Below, piece after piece: positions 38,829 to 47,672 of a stretch of 64,000 nucleotides of DNA (position 1 is its first letter; each line of letters opens with the position of its first letter). The notes below the pieces were generated by a model, which was not told the origin of the DNA, ran no database searches, and was given only the letters and a program-made list of their open reading frames with translations. The translations under genes and the position numbers were made by a program. Origin of the DNA: Candidatus Moraniibacteriota bacterium (GTDB lineage: Bacteria > Patescibacteriota > Minisyncoccia > Moranbacterales > UBA2206). Location: NCBI GenBank assembly GCA_030679995.1, contig JAUXSK010000018.1:121492-185491 (forward strand), given 5' to 3'.

Positions 38829-38895
38829 TAAACACTCGCAATATAATCCAGGATATCTATTCGCTGGGAAATGGATCGGATAGGGCTGCTGTAAC

Positions 38896-38921
38896 AATCG
38901 GCAATCAATGTCGGTTTTTTT
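38896..38921 (+). terminator. Intrinsic terminator ending SipW operon
   Basis: AATCGGCA-ATCAA-TGTCGGTT-T5. Confidence 0.6.
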
Positions 38922-39015
38922 GTCTTTTCCGCTTTTGTTGACAAACCAAGCCGGTTGGGATAGCTTGTAAACAACTAAAAAAATCAAAATACAACTGAAA
39001 TAGAGGAGGTGCAGA

Positions 39016-40209
39016 ATGAAGGGAATTGAAAGGGTTTATTGTGATTTCGCGATCCGGACCGTTTTGGGTGCCGCATTGGATTTGATGCAAACCCCCGTGG
39101 CGGAGGTCCTGAAAAAGCAAAAAATCGGCAAAAGAGACACATTGGGAATGGATGCCGTGCCTGAAAACAGCATCCGTGAAGCGGTCGACGGTTTTTTTAT
39201 CAATCCGGTGTTGGTGACGGAGGAAACGGACCACATCACCAGGAAACACTGGCCTGAGGATTCCGATCCCGACAAACAGCCGTTGATGTTCTTTTCCGAT
39301 CCATTGGATCGGTCGGCCAAATTCGGGCGGTTCCTGAGGACTTTCCCGGACATTTGCGGGAAAAGTGAAATCGATTTGGTCGGTGATGTCATCGCTTGCC
39401 CGGAGGCGAACAGCTATTGGGAGAAGGAGATCGACAACATTTCGCCGATTATGATTTCCGGCGCGACCATCTCACTCACTTGCGTAAACCGGGGTAACAT
39501 AGTCGTTTCCGTGGTGATGAATATTATGACCCGGACGATTTTTGTCGCCTGTCTCAGTGGCACCTATGCGTTCTGTGTCCGTGGAGATGTGGATCAGATA
39601 GGCAAGATCCACTCCACGATCAATTTGAAAGCGGTTGAACGGAAGGGGAAAAAAATCAGCTTTTGTTCCAGCAAAAATAGATGCGAGAACCGGGAGGATT
39701 TTCTCAGATTCGTTTCTTTCGTCGGTAAAACCGGCTATGAGGAAAACCTGACCAATAGCGGTATCTTGCCGGACTATCGATCGCATTTATATCATGATTG
39801 TCCCGGTGGTCCTTCCAGAATCCTGTTTCTTTCCGATTTCCAGTCTGCCAAATCGCCGATCGGGTTTATTATGGCTAATGGGGAAAAAATCGGTGAATGG
39901 ATCCATTGGTTGGCGTATGTCAAATTCGCCAAAGATATCCAAGGCAAAAACAGCTTCAATATCTATGAGGTAAGTTTGGCGCAAACATTGGCTAAAGAGA
40001 GTATTCTGATGTCCCCGTTACCGCCGTATTCGATTTTCCGGCACAAGAGCAACAGCGCCAGAAGTTCGTTTTTGAATATCAGCCGTCTGCGCGATTTGGA
40101 CCGGCCGAGCAATTTCCGATCGACGGTCATCGTGACCAAGGCGGACAATATGCGGGTCAAAAACATTATGTACGGCAAAGGCTTCCATGATGTCAGCGCG
40201 TCGCTTTGA
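39016..40209 (+). CDS. Hypothetical protein with inositol-monophosphatase/FBPase (FIG)-like N-terminal motifs
   Basis: DAVPENSI, LVTEE, SDPLDRS resemble FIG metal-binding motifs; SD GAGGAGGTG. Confidence 0.55.
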   Translation: MKGIERVYCDFAIRTVLGAALDLMQTPVAEVLKKQKIGKRDTLGMDAVPENSIREAVDGFFINPVLVTEETDHITRKHWPEDSDPDKQPLMFFSDPLDRSAKFGRFLRTFPDICGKSEIDLVGDVIACPEANSYWEKEIDNISPIMISGATISLTCVNRGNIVVSVVMNIMTRTIFVACLSGTYAFCVRGDVDQIGKIHSTINLKAVERKGKKISFCSSKNRCENREDFLRFVSFVGKTGYEENLTNSGILPDYRSHLYHDCPGGPSRILFLSDFQSAKSPIGFIMANGEKIGEWIHWLAYVKFAKDIQGKNSFNIYEVSLAQTLAKESILMSPLPPYSIFRHKSNSARSSFLNISRLRDLDRPSNFRSTVIVTKADNMRVKNIMYGKGFHDVSASL

Positions 40210-40332
40210 TCAAACGGATCCGCCCGCCCGCAACCCGCCCTGTTTTTTTTCACAGGGCGGGTTATTTTATTCCAAAACAAAAAGGGATGACCGAAAGGTA
40301 TCCCTTTTATTTTTTTGTCGAAACCTGTTTTG

Positions 40333-41442
40333 CTAATCCGCGGAGTCGATCAATTCCAGATTGCGCGTGTGCCAATTCAGGACGGCTGTTTTTTTGATCA
40401 TCAACTTGAACATATCAGGATGTTCCTTTTCGATGACTTCCGAAGCGTATTGGCTCAAAAATTGCGATTTCAATTCAGCTCTGGCTTTGTCCACGCCGAT
40501 TTCCGAATAGGGGGCCGAGGTCAGGAGCAAAAAACCGTCTTTGGGAATCATCCCGCGTTCCATATTCGATTTTATGATGCTAGCCGCGGTTTTGATCGGT
40601 CCGCTGATGTCGGGGCTGTAGGGGCCGATGATGAGCGCGATATTGGGCACGTGCAGAAAATCGAAACCGCGTCCGATGCAGATGATCCATTCGCGATGCA
40701 CCGAATCCAGTTCCAGATTGCGGTGGGCGTTGCGGATATCGGAGATATGTTCGATGTTGCCGGTGACCAATGGCAATAAATCGCGCAACACTTGGTCGGG
40801 CATATCCGGATACATCGCGCGCAATTTGTTGGTCAGAAATTCTTTGGAAGAATCCGTGCTTTCGGCCAGATTGAAAATTTCCTTGTTTTCCCCGTCGTGG
40901 AGGATCATCGCGTCTTCGTCCGTTTCGATCCCGCAAATCAGCGGATAGACGGCCTGGTGGTTTTGGCCGAAAATATATTCCGCTTGTTTTTTGACTTCAA
41001 AGACATGTTTGATGGCGGCATCGCAATCATATTTGAAACCGGCGCAGCCGCGGTGTCCATCGCCTTTGGAATAGTGATAGGTGATGATCATCAACACCCG
41101 GCGGGAATCTTCGATGGCGGCGTTGACCGTGTTATACAGCACTTCACCTAGATACGGCCAGCCAAGATTGAACATCCCGCCGATATTGCGGAAAGGTTTG
41201 ATGATGCCCAATGGGGTCTTGGTCGCGTAGGGCAGATGGATCCGGCCATCCATACATTTCAAGGCGATTATCATCGTCGGATGTTTAGCGGAATATCTTT
41301 TGCGAGAAAGATAGGCTTCGGAAGAGCAATAGGCGTTGGAATGTTTCTTGCTTAAGTCCAAGAGCCAGTCGATCCGTTCCTGGATCGGCATATGGTAGAT
41401 GTCCGCCTCGCGGGCGTCGATATATTTGTTGATTTCTTTCAT
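40333..41442 (-). CDS. Beta-class carbonic anhydrase, CsoSCA-like
   Basis: CMDGR and YHYSKGDGHRGCAG Zn-ligand motifs with long H-to-C spacing; IGRGFDFL motif; ATG at 41442. Confidence 0.7.
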   Translation of the reverse strand: MKEINKYIDAREADIYHMPIQERIDWLLDLSKKHSNAYCSSEAYLSRKRYSAKHPTMIIALKCMDGRIHLPYATKTPLGIIKPFRNIGGMFNLGWPYLGEVLYNTVNAAIEDSRRVLMIITYHYSKGDGHRGCAGFKYDCDAAIKHVFEVKKQAEYIFGQNHQAVYPLICGIETDEDAMILHDGENKEIFNLAESTDSSKEFLTNKLRAMYPDMPDQVLRDLLPLVTGNIEHISDIRNAHRNLELDSVHREWIICIGRGFDFLHVPNIALIIGPYSPDISGPIKTAASIIKSNMERGMIPKDGFLLLTSAPYSEIGVDKARAELKSQFLSQYASEVIEKEHPDMFKLMIKKTAVLNWHTRNLELIDSAD

Positions 41443-41589
41443 ATACGTGGATTGAATAATATTATTGCCTGCTTTAAAGTATAGTTCCTGGTCCAGCAAA
41501 GTCAATATTGGACAAGCTGTTCCGGATTATGATAAAATTGCCACTTAACGGGGGTAGCTTAACAATAAAATCAGACCGGTGAGGTTCGT

Positions 41590-42045
41590 ATGTTGAAATC
41601 GAAACTTGTTAAATTAGGAGCGGATGAAAAAAGCTTTGCGATTGTCAGTCGCGATTTGACGGAACTGCCAGATGGCATACTTAAAGCGGAGGGTCTATTA
41701 TGGAATCTTTGGGATATCGGAGTAAAATTCGGCCAAGAATATCCTAACGGCATCCGGCTCAATGCCGAACCTTTGATCCTGGATCTGTATGACTTTCGCG
41801 GTGCCAGGAATAGCAATTTCGGATTTTCAGTCGGGCGGACGGACAAGATCGGAACCGTAGCCCGGATATTAGTATTTGATTTGATGAACGGTATGCAAAT
41901 TTTTTGGGATTCAGGGCTGGGCGTTCCGGAAGTCCGGCAAGTCATCGAGGAGATCGACGCATATGCGGACTCCCAAAGTCTTGTTAAAGATGGTATCCGG
42001 CTGATGGACTACAATGGTTCTTTCGGTGTGAGGGATACGGAATGA
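41590..42045 (+). CDS. Hypothetical protein
   Basis: 151 aa; SD GAGGT; downstream terminator at about 42094-42132. Confidence 0.65.
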   Translation: MLKSKLVKLGADEKSFAIVSRDLTELPDGILKAEGLLWNLWDIGVKFGQEYPNGIRLNAEPLILDLYDFRGARNSNFGFSVGRTDKIGTVARILVFDLMNGMQIFWDSGLGVPEVRQVIEEIDAYADSQSLVKDGIRLMDYNGSFGVRDTE

Positions 42046-42275
42046 ATTTTTCCGGAAAAATCGTCTATGCTTCAAGGGAGCATAGGCGCAAAAGAGGGGT
42101 GGCCGGTCATTGACCGATCACCCTGATTTTTTGTTTTGGGATGGCGATAGATATTTGACATTAGCCTTAAAACAAGCCATCATAAGCAATAATATAAACC
42201 CGGTTCTTTCAAAACGACAGGCTTCAAAAAATCGGAAGCCTGTTTTTACACATCCAATTGGAAAAGGAGAAAAAT

Positions 42276-43172
42276 ATGATTGGAAAACCAGTTGTTCAGA
42301 CGAATTTTGGTGATCTGCGTTTGCTTCATCGCGGCAAGGTCCGCGATATCTATGAAGTGGAGGATAAGTTGCTGATAGTGGCGACCGATCGCGTTTCCGC
42401 CTTTGATGTGGTGATGGATGAACCCATTCCCAATAAAGGAGCGGTGCTGACCGGTCTTTCCATTTTTTGGTTCGATTATCTGCGGGATATCGTGCCGAAC
42501 CATCTCATTTCCGTTAACCCTGAGTATTATCCGGAAGTCTGCGCCCCGTACCGGGAGCAGCTGCGTGGTCGCAGTATGCTGGTGAAAAAAGCTAATCCCT
42601 TGCCGGTGGAATGCATCGTGCGCGGCTATCTGTCCGGCTCGTTTTGGAAAGCCTACCAAAAAAATACTACGGTGTGCGGATTTGCGCTGCCCTCCGGCAT
42701 GCGGGAGTCGGAAAGGCTGCCGGAAGTTATCTTTACCCCGTCCACCAAGGCGGAGCTGGGGACTCATGATGAGAATATTTCGCTGGCCAAGATGGCGGAA
42801 CTGGTCGGGCAGCCGGAGACGGAAAAAATCGCCGCTATCTGCAAGGCGCTCTACTGCAAAGCGGCTGATTATGCTCGTAAGCGCGGCATTATCATCGCCG
42901 ATACGAAATTCGAGCTGGGCTGGTATGAGGGCGAGCTGATACTTATCGACGAAGTACTTACGCCGGACTCGTCGCGTTTCTGGCCGGCATATGAATATGA
43001 GGTCGGTAAGGGCCAACCTAGTTTCGATAAGCAGTTCTTGCGGGACTATCTTTCTTCCTTGGACTGGAATCAGGCTCCGCCGGCTCCTGTTTTGCCGCCG
43101 GAAATCATCGACAAGACCAAGACCCGCTATCAGGAGGCTTTCCTGTATCTGACGGGTCATAACATCACGTAA
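42276..43172 (+). CDS. purC: SAICAR synthetase
   Basis: [58 protein letters not shown]; SD AAGGAG before ATG 42276. Confidence 0.97.
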   Translation: MIGKPVVQTNFGDLRLLHRGKVRDIYEVEDKLLIVATDRVSAFDVVMDEPIPNKGAVLTGLSIFWFDYLRDIVPNHLISVNPEYYPEVCAPYREQLRGRSMLVKKANPLPVECIVRGYLSGSFWKAYQKNTTVCGFALPSGMRESERLPEVIFTPSTKAELGTHDENISLAKMAELVGQPETEKIAAICKALYCKAADYARKRGIIIADTKFELGWYEGELILIDEVLTPDSSRFWPAYEYEVGKGQPSFDKQFLRDYLSSLDWNQAPPAPVLPPEIIDKTKTRYQEAFLYLTGHNIT

Positions 43173-43184
43173 TGGAGGTTGCTA

Positions 43185-43463
43185 ATGTTTAGCCTTAATG
43201 TCGAGGTGCATGGATACGGATATTCAAAAAATATCGGAATCCAGATCAAGGATGAGATTTTCGCTCTTTTTGCAGATTGGGAAATTGATGAGTTGGCGGT
43301 CACCTTGTATGATGATAAGAGTGACCGCCCAAAATTCATCAGTACCCCGTTCTTACGGGTGTATCATAACGGCGGGGATAAATTACAGGAGGTCATTGAC
43401 AAGCTCGGGAAGTTGAAATATAGGATAGAACTTGTCAAAGTCGAATTCATCATTCCTGTCTGA
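43185..43463 (+). CDS. Hypothetical protein
   Basis: SD GGAGGT; follows purC; terminator at 43476-43523. Confidence 0.6.
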   Translation: MFSLNVEVHGYGYSKNIGIQIKDEIFALFADWEIDELAVTLYDDKSDRPKFISTPFLRVYHNGGDKLQEVIDKLGKLKYRIELVKVEFIIPV

Positions 43464-43521
43464 ATGGCGAAGGCCGGGAGTATTTGCTGCACGCTTGTGG
43501 CAGATACTCCTTTTATTTTTT

Positions 43522-43549
43522 TTGACTTTTTCGCGCTATGGAGTATCAT
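43522..43549 (+). promoter_or_regulatory. Sigma70 promoter of cysteine synthase operon
   Basis: TTGACT-16-TATCAT; predicted start site at about 43556. Confidence 0.6.
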
Positions 43550-43555
43550 CAAGTT

Positions 43556-43606
43556 ATGGATAAGATGATTTTTTCGGAAACAAACATTTGCTGTCGCAGA
43601 CCTTGA
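43556..43606 (+). CDS. Cys-Cys leader peptide MDKMIFSETNICCRRP
   Basis: 16-codon ORF with tandem TGC TGT codons upstream of cysteine synthase and of attenuator hairpins. Confidence 0.7.
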   Translation: MDKMIFSETNICCRRP

Positions 43607-43675
43607 TTTCCAAGAGGGTGTTTTATCTACTGCAAAAATTCCAGCCTATGAAATACTCTCACCCGAGGGTTTTTT
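43601..43675 (+). promoter_or_regulatory. Transcription attenuator (antiterminator/terminator)
   Basis: Antiterminator 43614-43625 pairs with 43649-43660 (12 bp including GU) and excludes terminator ACTCTC-ACCC-GAGGGT-T5 (43655-43675). Confidence 0.7.
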
Positions 43676-43696
43676 AATTCCAATGAAAGTTAAAAT

Positions 43697-44587
43697 ATGT
43701 TGCATCAAAATATCCTAAGCCTGATCGGTGATACGCCGGTCATCAAAGTCAGTAAAATCAATCCGAACCCAAAGGTTAATTTATACATAAAACTGGAAGG
43801 CCAAAATCCCAGCGGATCTATCAAAGACAGGATCGCCTTGGCGATGATCAAATCGGGGGAAAAAAGCGGCGAGCTGACCAGGGACAAAATTATTCTCGAG
43901 CCGACCTCCGGCAATACTGGGATCGGTTTGGCGATGGTCGCGGCGCTCAAAGGCTATCGAGTGGTCTTAACAATGTCGGCGGGTATGAGCGAAGAGCGGA
44001 GAAGGATCTTGAAAGCCTACGGGGCGGAAATAGTCCTGACACTCGAAGAGCAGGGGACTGACGGGGCGATAATGGAGGCCCACCGGATGGTGGCCGGAAG
44101 CCCGGGCAAATATTGGATGCCGAACCAATTCGCCAATCCGGAAAATCCAGAAATCCACTATCGGGTGACGGCCGAAGAAATCCTGGCCGACGTACCGGAT
44201 ATCACCCACTTTGTGGCCGGACTGGGGACATCCGGCACCTTGATGGGCATCAGCCGTAAATTGAAAGAAAAAAACAAAGCCATCAGGGTCATCGCCGTCG
44301 AACCCGCGCTCGGGCACAAGTTGCAAGGTTTGAAAAATATGCAAGAAGCGATTATGCCGGAAATCTATGATCCGGAAATGTTCGACGAAAAAATCAATGT
44401 CAGTGATGAAGACGCCTGCAGCGCGATCCGGAAAATAGCCAGGGAAGAAGGGATATTTTTGGGTATGAGTTCCGGCGCCGCTTTGCACGCGGCTTTGGAA
44501 TTAGCTAAGACATTGGAAGCCGGCGATATCGTCATCATATCTCCCGATCGGGGAGAGAAATACGCAAGTACGAATTTATTCAACTAA
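43697..44587 (+). CDS. cysK: Cysteine synthase (CysK/CysM family, PLP)
   Basis: NPSGSIKDR, EPTSGNTG, NQFAN, GTSGT, GMSSGA, DRGEKY motifs; K versus M subtype not resolved. Confidence 0.92.
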   Translation: MLHQNILSLIGDTPVIKVSKINPNPKVNLYIKLEGQNPSGSIKDRIALAMIKSGEKSGELTRDKIILEPTSGNTGIGLAMVAALKGYRVVLTMSAGMSEERRRILKAYGAEIVLTLEEQGTDGAIMEAHRMVAGSPGKYWMPNQFANPENPEIHYRVTAEEILADVPDITHFVAGLGTSGTLMGISRKLKEKNKAIRVIAVEPALGHKLQGLKNMQEAIMPEIYDPEMFDEKINVSDEDACSAIRKIAREEGIFLGMSSGAALHAALELAKTLEAGDIVIISPDRGEKYASTNLFN

Positions 44588-44596
44588 CGCTTATAT

Positions 44597-45394
44597 ATGA
44601 AAAAAAGATATTTATTGGTAATCATATTTGTTTTTACGGTTCTTGGTGGAGGCTGTATTTTAGTTGTGTTGAAGACTGGTTTCACGATGCGGACAGGCGC
44701 GCCGGTTAATTTTCAAAATGCCGATATTCCGGAAACTACGAGTGATCCGCAACCGATCGAAACGGCGCCAAGCGGACAGGCGCTTCCGGAAAATTCCGCG
44801 GATAAGCTGATACGATACCGCGTGCCTTTCGTGGTCCAGGCTCCGACTGCGAATTGGGATGATCTTGTTTTTCAGAACGCCTGCGAAGAAGCGTCGGTTA
44901 TTATGGCGATGGGCTGGGTCAATGGAACAGAATCAATATCGTCATCCGATGCGCAAAAGCAAATATCGGATATCGATGATTTTGAAATGGAAACTTTCGG
45001 TTACAGTTATGATACGGATGTCTTTGATGTGAAGCGCATTTTTGAGCAATATTTTAAGTATAATAATGTTTCAATCCAAGAAAATATTAGTATTGACGAT
45101 ATAAAAAGAGAATTGCAAGCTGGTAATCTCGTGTTGGTTCCGGCTTTCGGCCAGGCATTGGGAAATCCCAATTATACCTATCCCGGCCCGGTCGTGCATA
45201 TGCTGGTCATTACTGGTTATGATCCGGCCGCCCGGGAATTCATCACTAACGATCCGGGAACCAGACGGGGAGGCGGATATCGCTATGATGGGAATGTCCT
45301 GATGGATGCCGTTTGGCAATATCCGAGCGGTCAGGATGTCCCGTCTGTCCCTCTGGGAAGTCTCAAAAAGGCGATGATAATCGTCGGGAAATAA
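44597..45394 (+). CDS. Membrane-anchored C39-like (papain-fold) peptidase
   Basis: QAP...QNACEEAS, HMLVITGYD, NDPG motifs. Confidence 0.75.
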   Translation: MKKRYLLVIIFVFTVLGGGCILVVLKTGFTMRTGAPVNFQNADIPETTSDPQPIETAPSGQALPENSADKLIRYRVPFVVQAPTANWDDLVFQNACEEASVIMAMGWVNGTESISSSDAQKQISDIDDFEMETFGYSYDTDVFDVKRIFEQYFKYNNVSIQENISIDDIKRELQAGNLVLVPAFGQALGNPNYTYPGPVVHMLVITGYDPAAREFITNDPGTRRGGGYRYDGNVLMDAVWQYPSGQDVPSVPLGSLKKAMIIVGK

Positions 45395-45417
45395 ATCGTG
45401 GATTTGAAAAAACATAG

Positions 45418-45446
45418 AAAAAACGCATCCGCTGGATGCGTTTTTT
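45418..45446. terminator. Bidirectional terminator
   Basis: AAAAAACGCATCC-GCT-GGATGCGTTTTTT between convergent genes. Confidence 0.8.
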
Positions 45447-45469
45447 AACATCGCTATTTTTGTGATCGG

Positions 45470-45922
45470 TCAGATATCGCATTTTTCCATTTCCTTGGTG
45501 AGCATCTCAATGTGTTGTTCGGTTTCAGCGTTCATTTGCTGGAATAATTCTTTGATGGTCGTGTTCGCCGGCATAAGCATATCGAAACATTTTTTTTCCA
45601 AGATGGATCGTTCCACGCGCAAGGCGGTTTGCAGAGCATCGAAGTGCGTGATATCGTCTTTTTCCGCGCGCCGGATTTCCTCCAATACGAAATCCATCAC
45701 ATATCTGACGACGCCTCGGGAAAATTTATTTTCGATGATGGAATGCGCCGGATCGATCAGCGCGCTGCCGTTTCCCAGGGATGAGGCGTGGGAAATTTCC
45801 TCGTTGGAAAGTTGTTCCCAAAAGGCGCCCTTGTGCGGAATCTTCCGCGCGTATAGCGAATAGAGCGATGAAATATTCAGCTCATTTTCTTCCAGCAGCA
45901 GGAGGATGGGTTTGTCATTCAT
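45470..45922 (-). CDS. Ferritin-like/rubrerythrin-fold protein
   Basis: E...EEISH and E...ETEQH di-iron motifs. Confidence 0.65.
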   Translation of the reverse strand: MNDKPILLLLEENELNISSLYSLYARKIPHKGAFWEQLSNEEISHASSLGNGSALIDPAHSIIENKFSRGVVRYVMDFVLEEIRRAEKDDITHFDALQTALRVERSILEKKCFDMLMPANTTIKELFQQMNAETEQHIEMLTKEMEKCDI

Positions 45923-45958
45923 ATTTTATTTTTTATATATTTATCGTCCTAACGGCCC

Positions 45959-46726
45959 CTAAACTTCAATTTTGGAAAAGAGATAACTGCCGATAGCCAA
46001 AGTCGCTATTACGAAAATAAGGAGGACGGAAAAGTCGGTATGGAAGTTGAAATGCATCTGGCCGGAAAGCATACCTCTGATTCCATCCACTCCGTAGGAT
46101 AACGGATTGGCATAGGTGATTAATTGGATGGTTTTTGGCAGGCCGCTTAGCGGGAAAAGAGCGCCTGAAAGGAAGAAGAGGGGCATTATTAGAAAATTTA
46201 TGATAATCGGGAAAGCTTGCATATCCTCCATTTTTGAAGCGATGGCTGTTCCGAAAGCGGTGAAGAAAAAAGCTATCAAAACCATATAGATGATCGCTAA
46301 CGGAGCCAGGAAGATATTTTCCGGTCTGAAACCGACAAGTAACGCGATGAAAAAAACCACTATGCCTTGGATGGTCGCCACTGTCGCTCCTCCGAAAGTC
46401 CGGCCCAGCATAATCGTCCAGCGGGGGACTGGAGCGACCAGTGTTTCCTTAAGGAAGCCGAACTGGCGGTCATAGATGACTTCTATGCCGGTAAACATAG
46501 CAGTAAAGATGATGCTCATAGCGATGATTCCAGGCGCGATGAATTGGATATAATTTCCACCTCCCGCTTTTTGGTAGATCGGTCCGAATCCGAAGCCGAG
46601 CGCCACCAAAAAAAGCACCGGCTGGGCTAGGGCGCCTATCATCCTGGCGCGCGAACGGTAATATCTTTTGAGCTGTCTCAGCCAAAGGATATAGATTATT
46701 TTGGAATATCGGTTTATCTTTTCCAT
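45959..46726 (-). CDS. ABC-2 type transporter permease (DrrB-like)
   Basis: DRQFGFLKETLVAPV, FFLSGALFP, NPLSYGVD motifs. Confidence 0.9.
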   Translation of the reverse strand: MEKINRYSKIIYILWLRQLKRYYRSRARMIGALAQPVLFLVALGFGFGPIYQKAGGGNYIQFIAPGIIAMSIIFTAMFTGIEVIYDRQFGFLKETLVAPVPRWTIMLGRTFGGATVATIQGIVVFFIALLVGFRPENIFLAPLAIIYMVLIAFFFTAFGTAIASKMEDMQAFPIIINFLIMPLFFLSGALFPLSGLPKTIQLITYANPLSYGVDGIRGMLSGQMHFNFHTDFSVLLIFVIATLAIGSYLFSKIEV

Positions 46727-47505
46727 ACGCGTCGCATAGTTCTTAATTTATCGATGCCTTTGGCGCCCTCCTCGCGGATTTCCTTACCGGTGAGTTTGAG
46801 GAAAGCGTCTTCCAGCGTTTGGGAATCCGTTTCCTCCTTGAGTTTTTGGGCAGTGCCTTCAGCGACTATTTTTCCATTGTCGATTATGGCGATCCGGTCC
46901 GCCATCCTGTCAGCTTCTTCCATATAATGGGTGCTGAAAAAGACCGTTATGTTTTCTTTCTGGTTCATATCTTTGATGTAGCTCCAAAGATGGTTGCGGG
47001 TTTGCGGATCAAGCCCGAGAGTCGGTTCATCCAGGAAGATTATTTCCGGATGGTGCAGAAGTCCGCGGGCGATTTCCAGGCGTCTTTTCATTCCGCCGGA
47101 AAATTCTTTCACTAAATCATCCTTGCGTTTTTCCAGTTCCACTAACCGAAGCAATTCGGTTATCCTTTCGCGGCGGACCTCTTTCGGGATATCATATAAT
47201 ACCCCATGGAATTCCAAATTTTCAAAAGCGGTAAGATCATCATCCAAGCTGGGATCTTGGAAAATTATACCGAATGAACGACGGACGTCATTAGGGTCGG
47301 TAACTGGATCAAATCCATTAATCAGGATTTTCCCGCTGGTCGGTTGGAGGAGGGTGGTGAACATTTTGATCGTCGTGGTTTTGCCGGCGCCGTTCGGGCC
47401 GAGGAATGCGAATATCTCACCTTTTTCCACTTCGAAGGAAACATCGTCAACAGCCGTGATGTCGTCGAATTTTTTTACCAGATTTTTAACTTTGATGATG
47501 TCCAT
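46714..47505 (-). CDS. ABC transporter ATP-binding protein (DrrA-like)
   Basis: GPNGAGKTT, FSGGMKRRLE, LDEPTLGLDP, THYMEEA; ATG at 47505. Confidence 0.92.
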   Translation of the reverse strand: MDIIKVKNLVKKFDDITAVDDVSFEVEKGEIFAFLGPNGAGKTTTIKMFTTLLQPTSGKILINGFDPVTDPNDVRRSFGIIFQDPSLDDDLTAFENLEFHGVLYDIPKEVRRERITELLRLVELEKRKDDLVKEFSGGMKRRLEIARGLLHHPEIIFLDEPTLGLDPQTRNHLWSYIKDMNQKENITVFFSTHYMEEADRMADRIAIIDNGKIVAEGTAQKLKEETDSQTLEDAFLKLTGKEIREEGAKGIDKLRTMRRVWKR

Positions 47506-47672
47506 AATCCTAATTAAAACATACATCCGGACATCCATCAAACTTTCAGGCTAGTTGCCTGAGGTCAATCTGGCGGGAATGAATTGCCATATATCCGGAT
47601 TTGGTACTATAATCGGGTAGTGGCTGATTGGATAGCCACTTATCCGTTTAATCATTTATTTGTAATAAAATT

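Noticed and set aside
42246-43160. 304-aa antisense ORF
   Set aside because: Fully overlaps purC; typical antisense shadow from codon bias.
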